A DNA stretch of 63,857 nucleotides from Podarcis erhardii (Eukaryota). A program made the translations under genes and the position numbers. Where the stretch lies: NCBI GenBank assembly GCA_964252035.1, contig OZ176202.1; one strand, written 5' to 3'. Below the pieces are notes generated by a model. It was not told the origin of the DNA. It saw only the letters and a list, made by a program, of their open reading frames with translations, and made no database searches. Of the stretch, positions 1-10,908 are shown piece after piece (within the stretch, counting starts at the first letter, position 1; the number at the start of each line of letters is the position of its first letter).

Positions 1-26
1 CGATGAGAGCCAGGTCCTGACTGATC
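1..26 (-). CDS. CEP170: CEP170 coding exon, truncated by the window edge ((R)ISQDLALI...)
   Basis: Acceptor ttaactattaacAG|G ATC AGT CAG GAC CTG GCT CTC ATC; phase 2 matches the upstream exon ending AG|GT at 1195. Confidence 0.92.
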
Positions 27-391
27 CTGTTAATAGTTAACACAGCATAATTGATCCCAAATAAAAAACCTCAGAGTTCAAAGTTGCTGTTCCTTACAAT
101 ATGAAACATGCTACTGTTTTGAGTATTTTCTTCTAATCATAACTATCATAGGTACGAGTCTTTAAAATAACTTCCAGCTTTGGTTGCTCTGGCAGCTACA
201 AGAGCAGCACCTAAGAAACTTTGCTGTGCAAGGACTCCAACATTCTGCTGCTGTAATTGAACAAAATGCATCTCAACATTTTAAATCCAGGGATGTACAT
301 CTTACCATGTGCAAATGGGTCATTACAGTTTATAGTTTCAACCAAGGAGAACTGCAATGGCTTATAACCTAATAATTAACCCAAACCAATG

Positions 392-642
392 GATTCAAGT
401 TACAAGAAAGGAGATTCCAACAAAACATCAGGAAGAACTTTCTGACAATAAGAGCTGTCCAACAGTGGAATGGGCTACCTTGGAAGGTGGTGGACTCTCC
501 TCCATAGAGGTTTTTAAGCATTTGTCATGTGTGATTTGGGTGGCATCTGTCATGGATGCTTTAGCTGAGATTCCTGCATTGCTTGTGGTTGGACTAGATG
601 ACCCTTGGGGTCTCTTCCAGCTATACAGTTCTATGATTCTAT
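392..642 (+). mobile_element. CR1 LINE 3' fragment (older copy)
   Basis: ttacaagaaaggagattccaac...aggaagaactttctgac...cagtggaatgggctacct, ending ttctatgattct (CR1 3' terminal repeat). Confidence 0.85.
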
Positions 643-859
643 CACTTAATTAACATTAATTAACGAGTACTAAGCAAATGTTAAATAGTAGCTACTTGCA
701 CACGTTTGTGAAACCCATTATGACAATTGGGGATTTAGGGCTGCATTTAGGAACACTATGATAGTATCTTTCACTGACAGTAAAGTAAGTTTATAGTGCT
801 TCTGTGGTAAAGAAAATCAATTTTGTTTGAGTATAAACCCAAACTACAAGAAAAAATTT

Positions 860-1097
860 CCCAAACTACAAGAAAAAAGATTCCACCTAAACATTAGGAA
901 GAACTTCCTGACAGTAAGAGCTGTTCGACAGTGGAGTTTGCTGCCAATGAGTGTGGTGGAGTCTCCTTCTTTGGAGATCTTTAAGCAGAGGCTTGACAAC
1001 CATATGTCAGGAGTGCTCTGATGGTGTTTCCTGCTTGGCAGGGGGTTGGACTCGATGGCCCTTGTGGTCTCTTCCAACTCTATGATTCTATGATTCT
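860..1097 (+). mobile_element. CR1 LINE 3' fragment (younger copy)
   Basis: Encodes KLQEKRFHLNIRKNFLTVRAVRQWSLLP..VVESPSLEIFKQRLD (CR1 ORF2 C-terminus) and ends ctctatgattctatgattct; taaaccca occurs on both flanks (834-841, 1097-1104). Confidence 0.92.
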
Positions 1098-1194
1098 AAA
1101 CCCAGTTACAAAACAAAACACATTTCGTAATGGTCATTGATTTAACCGATAAGATGCTGTTTTTAAACCAAGTAATCATCCCTTGAAAGCCAAC

Positions 1195-1472
1195 CTTGCT
1201 ATTTCTTCTCGATGGGCAGTCCAATCTCGAATGTAGTCTTCCTGTTCCTTTATCCTATGCTTGAAGATATTGCTACTTTGCGTTGGTGTCCCTGTGCTCT
1301 GCANNNNNNNNNNNNNNNNNNNNNNNNNNNNNNNNNNNNNNNNNNNNNNNNNNNNNNNNNNNNNNNNNNNNNNNNNNNNNNNNNNNNNNNNNNNNNNNNN
1401 NNNNNNNNNNNNNNNNNNNNNNNNNNNNNNNNNNNNNNNNNNNNNNNNNNNNNNNNNNNNNNNNNNNNTCTA
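1195..1472 (-). CDS. CEP170: CEP170 coding exon(s) interrupted by the assembly gap
   Basis: Acceptor ttttattccttgcAG|TA GA at 1472, then Ns. After the gap, (L)[35 protein letters not shown](R), with donor AG|GTTGGC at 1195/1194. Confidence 0.88.
1304..1468. other. Assembly gap (165 N)
   Basis: Run of N seen directly. Confidence 1.
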
Positions 1473-4400
1473 CTGCAAGGAATAAAATGATTATAGATTT
1501 TAGAAACATCATGACAACACAACAGTTGCTTAATTCCAAACCCAAAATACCTTACACAAAAGTGTTTGCTGACTATAGCATAAAAAGAAAGCTACTAAAA
1601 TTGTGTTAAATAATAAATGCTAATTTACAAAAATGTGAAAAAGGAAGCTCTTTGTACAATGGTGAGTTAATAAGTTAGGAACGCTACTAGTCTTCTATCT
1701 AAGAGCATGATATATATATATATCAGAACAAAGGCCCAATTCATTGTCACTTTCTAACACAGTGAGTCGTACTTTTTCTGCAAATTTTTCCCATTGTCAA
1801 AAAGCCTAACTTTCCATGAGATAATATAGGCATTGAATACAAATAACTGAAGTAGTGTAGTTGCCAGAGGGGGGTGGAAATATCAAGTCTATTGAATTTG
1901 AAATTCAATTTTGAAACATTAGGTGACATCCACCAAACGTTGTAAGAGCATAGTGAACTTGAAATAATAATCTAATGTTACTTTCCTGAGGAAGAGGAGT
2001 AACAATAGCAGGCAAAATGCTCATTTTCAGTCAGATGTTGAGGGCTGCAGGAAACCCTTTCTTGTCCACCCCTCCTCTTTCCCCCCGAAAAGGCTGTCCA
2101 GACTAATATAAATACAAGTCCTTGGAAATGTAACAGTGCCCAAACAACCTAAGGGAACTGAAGATTCAAAACACTAGCTTTGTAGGTCAGTTGCCTTGAA
2201 TTGTGGATCAGTCAGATAGCATGAAAGAATGTGGTGTCAAAAAGCTTGAAGTCATTTTTGCCAAGATTTGTTAAGTGCACAGATGACACTTTTAGACAGT
2301 ACAAATATTACTGTTCAGAAATAATTTAAGTAAAAATAATTTACAATTCAGTACAATGTAAATTATTTGCATGTGTTGCAATGTAAAAATTGCAATGTTT
2401 TCAGATCAGATTATAATAATAGCTTGTAAAGATACATGGTGAATTTAGAATATAGCATTATTCCAGTACAATTAATTGAAGAATGAAAATATTTCATTGC
2501 CAGATAATATGCAGATGCTAATGAATAAGTCAGGTTTTACTTATTTTAAATCATCTAAAGTAGTTTTACTCTACCCTGCAGCTGAAAAAGGTTCCTAGTG
2601 TGGCTTTCACATTTTAATAAGACACACTGGAATATATATACTTTTGCAGTTTCTCATCCTTAGTTTAAAAAGCTTTTTTTTAATAAGCAGAAAAAGCACT
2701 TATTTCTAAAAGCATGCAAAACAACCACTGAGGGTCAGAGAGTTGTCATGAGCTGGACCCGATTGTTGTTTTTGTTTTTTTGTAAAACATTTCAAATTGA
2801 TTTGAATTTCCCTTTATTTCCCAGTTACTCCAATAGTCAGAGTATTTTTTTTAAGTTACAGTTTTATGAATTTGGAGCTAGTCCTGCAACCCAGCATTGT
2901 ACAACATGAGAATTTAAAGTAATTGTTTTCCAAAAAACCAAATATTTAGGAGTGAAATCTTAGAAACAAAATATGATTTCTAGTACTCTACCACTGTAAG
3001 TTTCAACAGCAGGATCTGGGTCTGGGAGAAGACGGTATGCCTCTGTGTACAAAATATTTGTTTATCATATTAATGAAGATATACAGATTTAAAGCATTTG
3101 CTTGTATTAAGTAATTCCACTATTTTAAAAACACAGACGTGAAAAAAAATTAAACTGATTTTTGAGAATTCTGTTAAATACAAACTTAGACATCCAAATA
3201 ACAGGCTACAACATAGCCAGGAAGAGATACAAACAAGCAGTAACTTTCGTCATGCTCATTTTAGTTCCATCAGTACCAAGAAGGCTAAAAAGCCTGCAAA
3301 AGAGTTGATGCTCTGCTTTTTCTAACAGGAAACGTGAGCTTGCTGTTTCGCAGAGATCAATGAAGCAAGCTCCCATTTCTCCTTAGCAGAAATCTTTGCG
3401 GGCTGCAGAGAAGTGACTTTTGGGCTTCTTGGAACTTAAGAGATCACTTTTCCACTCTTTCCAAATGTCTCTTAAACAAGGAAGGCTGCAATGATATCAG
3501 AGGAGCTTCTGGGAATTTCCCTGTTGAACAGCATTTCCCAGTAGATCAGCAACTCTCTTGTGTACCAAGAAGCTCTCTGGGCTGATAGACTGGTGCTACA
3601 TGGTTCCATAGGTAGGGCCCATTCTGCATGTAACGAGCTCATGGAAATATATATTGTCTCTGAATTTAGATGCAAACTGACCAGATCCACGTCTTCAAGA
3701 CCAATGTGCAAATCAGAAGAGAATAATTTTGCACATCAATTAATTTGGCCATGCAATACTCAACTCAAAAAAATATATTGAAATACATTAAAATGGGTAA
3801 TTTAGGTTAAAAAAGATTGAGAAATGCATATACTGAAACAGAATACCTATTTCAATATGTATTTTGTGGTAAGTATGTACAGGTGGCAACCATTTTGAGT
3901 GGGGGTTCCATTCCTGGCCCCCTCGTGCATTGGCCAAGTGTGCATAAGCCCACACCATTTTCAGGCCACTTCTGGGGTTGGCAGTGACCAGCATGTGCAT
4001 GATTGCACATTAATTGGATGCATGTAAAATGGTGACTGCCTATAATTGAATGGCCTGCCCATGCCTTAAGATCTTCTGTTGACACTCTACTCCAAGTCTT
4101 CTTTACTGGAAGATCATTATATTATTAAAATGGAGAGGGCTTTGTTAGTGGTAGAACCCGAGGTTGGGAATGCACTCCCAAAACAAGGGTACCTGGCATC
4201 TACTTTACAATCTTCTTGGCAACAGGTTAAACCTTTAAAAAATATCAAAAAAATCTAGGCATTTTAATTTGAATAATAGCTTACTTAGTTTTCCTTGTCA
4301 TTTTTATCTGCTGTCTTTTATTCAAGATCATTAATGTCTTTACCTTATTGTACTAGGAATTTACTAATTTATTATTTATATCTGCTGTATACTGCTCTGT

Positions 4401-4478
4401 AATTGAACTTGGTGAAGGGATTATTAAAAAAGACAACAACTTCTAACCTGCTCTTGGTGTGATGCACAATTAAGGAGA

Positions 4479-4708
4479 TACAGTGGTATCTCGGGTTACA
4501 AACACCTCGGCTTACAGACTCTGCTAACCTGGAAGTAGTACTTCGGGTTAAGAACTTTACCTCAGGATGAGAACTGAAATCATGCGCCAAGGGTGCAGCA
4601 GCAGTGGGAAGCACCATTAGCTAAAGTGGTACCTCAGGTTAAGATCAGTTTCAGGTTAAGAACGGACCTCTGGAACGAATTAAGTACATAACCAGAGGTA
4701 CCACTGTA
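4479..4708 (+). mobile_element. Tc1/mariner (Tigger/pogo-like) MITE, copy 1 (orientation A)
   Basis: TA|CAGTGGTATCTCGGGTTA ... TAACCAGAGGTACCACTG|TA terminal inverted repeats with TA target duplication; no ORF. Confidence 0.85.
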
Positions 4709-6336
4709 TTCAGTCTCCAACAGAAATTAAATTTCTCTTTGCAGTGGGGAAATTGAGAAGTCAACTCATTTTTACTTTCTTCTCAATAAGTAATGTCTGA
4801 ACAAATGCAGTTACTCATCCTGTATAAGAAGCATTACATATCAGAGCTGTTTTACAGCATCTAACATTGTGACATTTATTTTATTACTGTTTTTATTACC
4901 GTATTATTATTATTGCCTATTTCTATATTCCTTCTTTTTTTTTCCATTTTGTAACTTGGGTGTACTCTTTGATTCTGAGCTATCACTCTCTGCGTACAGC
5001 TTTAAAGTTTTTTCAATGAGTTTTTTGGAATTGTAAAACTTATTTTATTCCTTTAAAATATCTCTAATCTTGTCAGGCAAGAGACAAAAAACTGAGGGGA
5101 CTGTGCCTGCCTCCCAGAATTCTTTGCTCTCCGGCCTCCATCATGTGAAGAGGGTTATAACCCAACCCATTCGGGTCATCAGCCACTGCCTCAAATTATC
5201 TCTAGCCTACCCTTTACTGCAAGTGACGCCATTATAAATTATATTATGTTAGTTTATCAATTAAGAATGGGATTTCAGTTGTTGGGATACAATGATGGCA
5301 GGAAAAGGGTCATGCTTATTTTGTGCACCCAAGGATATAGACAGAGTGGGTAAAAATGGGTGCCACCCAACATGGTCTCAAAAACCCAAACCCTGATTTA
5401 CAAATAGTTTAAAATGACAGTTGCAGAAGTCCTAATGTCTCCAACAGAATGAAATAGTATCTGCAAATGCTTTTTACCTAGTTGCGTATCATTCTCAAAG
5501 ACAGGTAATAGGCCTTCTATCCTGTAACCATGATTCATATAGCCTTGTATACACACAATATTTTTTTCTATCTGGCTGCAGCTGCTCATACCATGGCCAG
5601 ATGCTACTCTGGAGGTTTCCCCAAACCCTTGGGCACGCCTTTTAGGTATAGCTGAATGACTATGATGAAAGAAATGCCCTGGGAACTCCTAGTGCATGCT
5701 TGGCTGTTGAGATCTTGGCCGGAATGTTTCACATGGTGATGGATATGCAAATAATATAACCCCCAGATGGAGGCTGACAAAAACTAGTTATGCATGAAGA
5801 TAATCCATGTGTAGACTGCTGCATTTCAGTTCTTTCCACATGCGCTATACCAAACTAATGACTAGGTTAACATGCCTTTTCAGAGGCCTGTTATGAAATT
5901 AGGTAGTAATTCTCAGTCAACTGGAGAACCAAAGCCAAGCGTGACTTCTTTTCTTTTCTTGGTGTATCTTAGCTACTGTAGAAGCAATAGATAATAATCA
6001 CTGGCCTCTCATAATCCAAATCCAAGTTCAAAATGCTATGTACTACAGCACTAGATCTGAAAAAGAATCCTGACATCCCAAACATTAGCAGTCTTACATG
6101 TTACAGTTTTATAGCAAAAAAAGCATTAATTTGGTTAAAAAGCTGAATGACTTATGAATAAACCAGCCATTTAGCAGTGAAGGAGATTCAGCTAATCCCT
6201 TACCATTTTTCATTAGATTCAGCAACTTTAAAGCTACACTTTATTATTAAAAATGTTTCATGTATGTCCCTATCAACCGAAAAGGGAAAGTGCTGACAGG
6301 ACAAATTATTGAATTAAGGTTGAAAAACTCTCGTAC

Positions 6337-8187
6337 CTGCTGAAGGATTATGAGCTGATGACAGAGATTTGGATTTGGAGTCCGAAAGGCGAGATATGCT
6401 GTTCGCTCTCATTCTAGGAGAAACTTTAGTGCTGTCTGCTGGCGGTGTTATCCTAATGCCACTTCTAATTATGGCTTCTGGAGTACGAGATGATGTCGTG
6501 CTTCTAGACATTGTTGCTTCAGAGTCACTACGCGCTGATAAAGAACCAAGTCTATTTCTCCGTGGCTGAGCAAGCAGGTCAATTCTTGAGATATTTCTCC
6601 TTCCAGATGGGGGTTTGGAAGTGGAACTTGTAGTAGACACCTCAGAAGCAACGGATGCTTTATCCGCATCCGCTAGTTCACTATCTGACACTTCACCAAG
6701 TCGCGCTCGACGTAAGAGAGAAGTCCTTGTGGGGCGAGGCCTTGGGAGAGTGGTTGATTTACTGGACTGCCCAGCTGATGCTGGAGAGGTCCTCAACTTG
6801 GCTGACTTGATACCTTCTGTTTTGGAATGTAAATGTTCATCTGCTGAGGTAAAAGATGTCCTTCCATGTGATTTGCCAGAGCATGTTTCCTGGTCGGAAG
6901 ATAAGATATCAGAAATGGCAGAATGAGGTACACTGGAAGTTTGGTCGTCATCTGTTAAATCTACAGAAGGCTGCCTTATTCTTCCACTGCTCTGCACAAC
7001 CTTGCGTGCATCACCTCTCGAACCAGCATCTGAAGATCGGCTTTTTGTTTTCTTCTCAATTTTGTCTCTAGCGCTTGTAGAAGATGACTTTGAAGCATCC
7101 TTTGAAGGTGAACCAGTGGAACATCTATCTTTGTACAGGGTACTAAAGCTTTTTCGTTTCTGAGATTGCTTTCTTTCACTGTCGCCAGTAACAAGGCTAA
7201 TTGTACTAGCTGTATCCACATCTGATTCAGGCGAAATGGAATTATCTCTATTATAGCTGGGAGTATCAGGTCCTTCGTCGGTTTTGTTTTCTTCACGCAG
7301 CTTCGCTTCAAGAAAAGCCATTACAGCTTCAGTGTCCTTTAAGATAAGTGTTGTATCTAGACTAGAGTCTGTTTCCACGGAATCACTTTTCTCACTTATT
7401 CTACTAGTGGATGTTAAAGACAGTGATGGCGGAGTAGTTCCTGTCTGTTTATTGATGTGAGGGATTAGTTCTATAGGTATATTTGTACTTGGTTTATCTA
7501 TGGTAAAGCTGCCTTGTCTCACCAGCGGCTTTGATGATTCTTTTTTATCCCCACTAAACCCTTTTGGAGTTGGACATCTTGTTGCATCTTCCGCTTTCCT
7601 TCTTTTCCCGTCACTTTGCACCACTTTACTTTCTGCTTTGCCAGAACCACGCCCTGATGCTTTCTCTTTATTGTCTGCTTTATGAGAAAGAGGTGGCTCG
7701 TCTCTACTTCTTTCAGCTTGGTTTGTTGTTTTTGAAGAAGATAATTTAGTGGGGGTACAGTGTGTTACCTCCTTTTGTTCCTGCTGCTTAATTTTAGCCA
7801 AAGCTTGTTTTACCACCGATGTTTCTCTGCCATTTTCACTCTTCTCTTTGTCAGAAGAAAAGGAACTGTTGGAGTGAAGAAGTGCCTTGTCTGCTTTAGG
7901 AGACAGGCCATTCATTGCCCTGCTTGCTTTAGTCACGCTCCTGTCACTAATTTGCCCTATTTCTTTCTGGGTATGAGTTGGAGTTTCTTTCTCTTGAAGT
8001 TCAGTGTCTTGTTTTTCACCTATCTCCGATCGCTGGTGGGTTGTAACCTTTGTTCTTTGTCCTTCTGTGGCATTTTCCTCCTTGGGCAACTGTGGAAGTG
8101 TTCGCCTCTTTCTATCTCCTTGGCTGGTCAAAGAGGCAGCAGAGGCAGCACTTCTAGCTGACAGGCCGGATTCACTGATATCTGTAT
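6337..8187 (-). CDS. CEP170: CEP170 large coding exon (1851 nt, 617 codons)
   Basis: Acceptor ttttAG|AT ACA GAT and donor GCA G|GTACGA. Translation includes [39 protein letters not shown] and [18 protein letters not shown]; phase 1 to phase 1. Confidence 0.96.
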
Positions 8188-8326
8188 CTAAAACATAGGA
8201 AAATGGGGAGAGGGAAAACATGTTAAGTAAAAGCACTTGTGTGGGATTCACCTGACAAGCCGTGTCAGTGGAAGCCCTGGGCAAGGACTTCCACTTCTGT
8301 AATAAGGCATACCCTCACAACAGCAC

Positions 8327-8533
8327 CATAGCTGTCAACCTTCCCTTTTTTGGTGAGAAATTCCCTTATTTCAGCACTGTTTCCCGCTGCTTCCCGCTGC
8401 TATCCTGGATTGTTAGATATCCCATAGACTGTCTCCGGGACAGGCGAGGCTGCTGATCCCTTATTTTCAAATCCGAAAGTTGACTGCTATGCTGCTGATC
8501 CCTTATTTTCAAATCTGAAAGTTGACAGCTATG
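8327..8533. mobile_element. hAT-type MITE with duplicated right end
   Basis: TIRs CATAGCTGTCAAC / GTTGACAGCTATG, perfect 8-bp TSD AACAGCAC (8319-8326, 8534-8541), and a 42-bp tandem duplication at 8450-8533. Confidence 0.85.
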
Positions 8534-8851
8534 AACAGCACACAAGGGGAAAAGAGAGGGATCGTTCCATCTGGCAAGCTGCAATGCTAGTGCAGATGCA
8601 ACACTCACCATAGCACAACACTGAAGGCCACCCTGAAATTCTACAAATATTACAGATGATTTCAATTAAAATTTAGAGGGAGCCTCATTTACTCTTTTTG
8701 TTTTGCTTCACAAGGCCTTTAGCATCAAAATTCTTTACAAAGCACCTGTTTTAACAAACACTATTGCTTTAGTGGTTATGAGAAGATTAACAATTGAGCG
8801 AGATAAAACGTGCTGCTAGTAGTTGCTATGAAAGATAAATATGTATAGTAC

Positions 8852-8978
8852 CATTTTCTAGAGGAGCAGGAGCAAATGATTCCATCCGTACTTCACTTTC
8901 TTCATGTTTTGTATGATTAGCAGCCAGACTAGCCCACTGTGACACCCAGCGCTTGCTTCCAGATACACCAGTGCTTTC
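8852..8978 (-). CDS. CEP170: CEP170 coding exon ([22 protein letters not shown]...PLEN)
   Basis: Acceptor tctgttattAG|GAA and donor AAT G|GTACTA; 127 nt, phase 0 to 1. Absent from the supplied ORF track. Confidence 0.95.
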
Positions 8979-9077
8979 CTAATAACAGATTTCAACACAA
9001 ATCAGGCTTACATTGATTTAGTCATTTTAAAGAGAGAGAAAAGGAAAAACATTCAGAAAATTAAGATCTTGGAGAAC

Positions 9078-9080
<3 letters not shown>

Positions 9081-9118
<38 letters not shown>

Positions 9119-9157
9119 CATGTGCGCATGTACACACACACACACACACACACACAC
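9081..9157. repeat. Compound microsatellite (TC)n(TG)n..(AC)n
   Basis: Seen directly. Confidence 0.95.
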
Positions 9158-10529
9158 TCAGATTAAGTGAAATCATGATTCAGTCATTACCATACATTGA
9201 ATGATGCCTTTACTGCAAGACTAATTAGGAAGGAGTGTCATCTAGTAGTGAACTTGTGGTTAGAAATTGGCAGTGTGCAGTCATATCTTGGCTTAACAAA
9301 CAGACATATAAATAAGTTTTTTACACCTATACATGTAGCTGCTTTGATCCTCCCTACATGAGTGGGGAAAACAAACCAGGAATTTACCACAGCTGTCCAT
9401 TACAACTGAACTGCCGAACTATGGCTGACTGCTTCCGAAACAAGCCAGTTACCAGAGCTTCGTATTCTGGCTTGCTTAGAAGGCATCAACCACATTTTGC
9501 TAGTTTGAACTTAATAGTTAATGGCAGCTTTCTGACTTGTCAGCTTGCTTGCATGAAGGAAGTAGCAAACTAGCTGCAGGATGCAGGATGCATATCCACC
9601 TCTCAGCCAATTTGATAATCCAAACATAGCCAGGGGCATCTATCCATCAATGTTGCTATATCAGCCCTCTTTTATGCAAGTTTAGCATGTACGTCTGACT
9701 TTGCTGTTGTTTAAGGCATTAGCACTGAAACACCACGAGTATAACACGTAGAACATATATAACCACCCAACATAGTACCCTACAGGTTGGGATTTGATAA
9801 TAGTGGGGTAGGAAAGCATAAAATAATGCCAATGCACTTCACATTTGGCAACCAATGTGCCCCTTTGGTTTCAGATTGTACAGGGGTAGACGAGTCTACC
9901 CAAATTTCCACAGTCCTCTAATGGCTATGGTGGCTCATTTGCTAGAAATAATGTATTTAGCGCTAACTCTGGAAGTGTATACTCGATTTTGACCAAACCA
10001 AGCCTTCCAGAGCACCACATGGGAAAATCTGGTGCAAGGCCAAGCTCTGCAGTGTTGGCCCTGCAGTCAAGATCACAGATCATGTATTGCGAGTCTGTAT
10101 TTAGCATAGCATGGAGAGGAAGATTATTTTTAATTCTTATAATAAAGCTCCATAAGCTCAACATCTGTTTACTCTGTGAAAGTTATTTCAAATGGTGGGG
10201 AAAAGTGGGTCAAATTTAGGCTGGTCTTTGCAAGTATTTGTTGAGGCTTTGAGACTGAGTGAAAGGACTCTGAAGCTGCAGTAAATTCTTTGTCCAGTAG
10301 GTGGCTGTCAAAGAGCCTACTTAGGCTCTGATGTGCCATCAAATTACAGCAGAAGCTGCTTTAGCTTTTTGAAGATTGTAAAACATGTGTGCAAAATGTT
10401 AATTCACGTGAAAGGACTTTTGTATTTCCTGCTCTTGCATGTGTCATATTTTCTCCCTCAAGAACACAGAAACCCGTCTCTTCAGTGATGCATCTGCACA
10501 GCACTCACTATAAATCCCTTTAAAACATT

Positions 10530-10908
10530 AAAGGTAAAGGTAAAGGTACCCCTGCCCGTACGGGCCAGCCTTGCCAGACTCTGGGGTTGGTGCGCCCATC
10601 TCACTCAAGAGGCCGGGGGCCAGCGCTGTCCGGAGACACTTCCGGGTCACGTGGCCAGCGTGACATCGCTGCTCTGGCCAGAGCCAGAGCCAGAGCCAGA
10701 GCCGCACACGGAAACGCCGTTTACCTTCCCGCTAGTAAGCGGTCCCTATTTATCTACTTGCACCCAGGGGTGCTTTCGAACTGCTAGGTTGGCAGGCGCT
10801 GGGACCGAACGACGGGAGCGCACCCCGCCGCAGGGATTCGAACCGCCGACCTTTCGATCGGCAAGCCCTAGGCGCTGAGGCTTTTACCCACAGCGCCACC
10901 TGCGTCCC
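10530..10908 (-). mobile_element. Sauria SINE, near full length, CpG-rich (young)
   Basis: Minus strand has a tRNA-like head with GGTGGCGCTGTGG (A-box-like) and GGTTCGAATCCC (B box), and an (ACCTTT)n tail; 12-bp TSD TTTAAAACATTA at 10519-10530 and 10913-10924. Confidence 0.88.

Noticed and set aside
3240-3720. GC-elevated, coding-looking stretch (79-aa minus ORF, 73-aa plus ORF) in the intron after the large exon; considered as a relic of a long alternative exon
   Set aside because: All three minus frames contain stops, read-through from the large exon stops after GTRVFQP*, there are no convincing splice sites, and I recognise no homology. An alignment would be needed to revive it.
6314-8284. 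656-aa ORF as a stand-alone gene
   Set aside because: It is the internal CEP170 exon (6337-8187) plus intronic overhangs; splice sites and phases fit the neighbouring exons.
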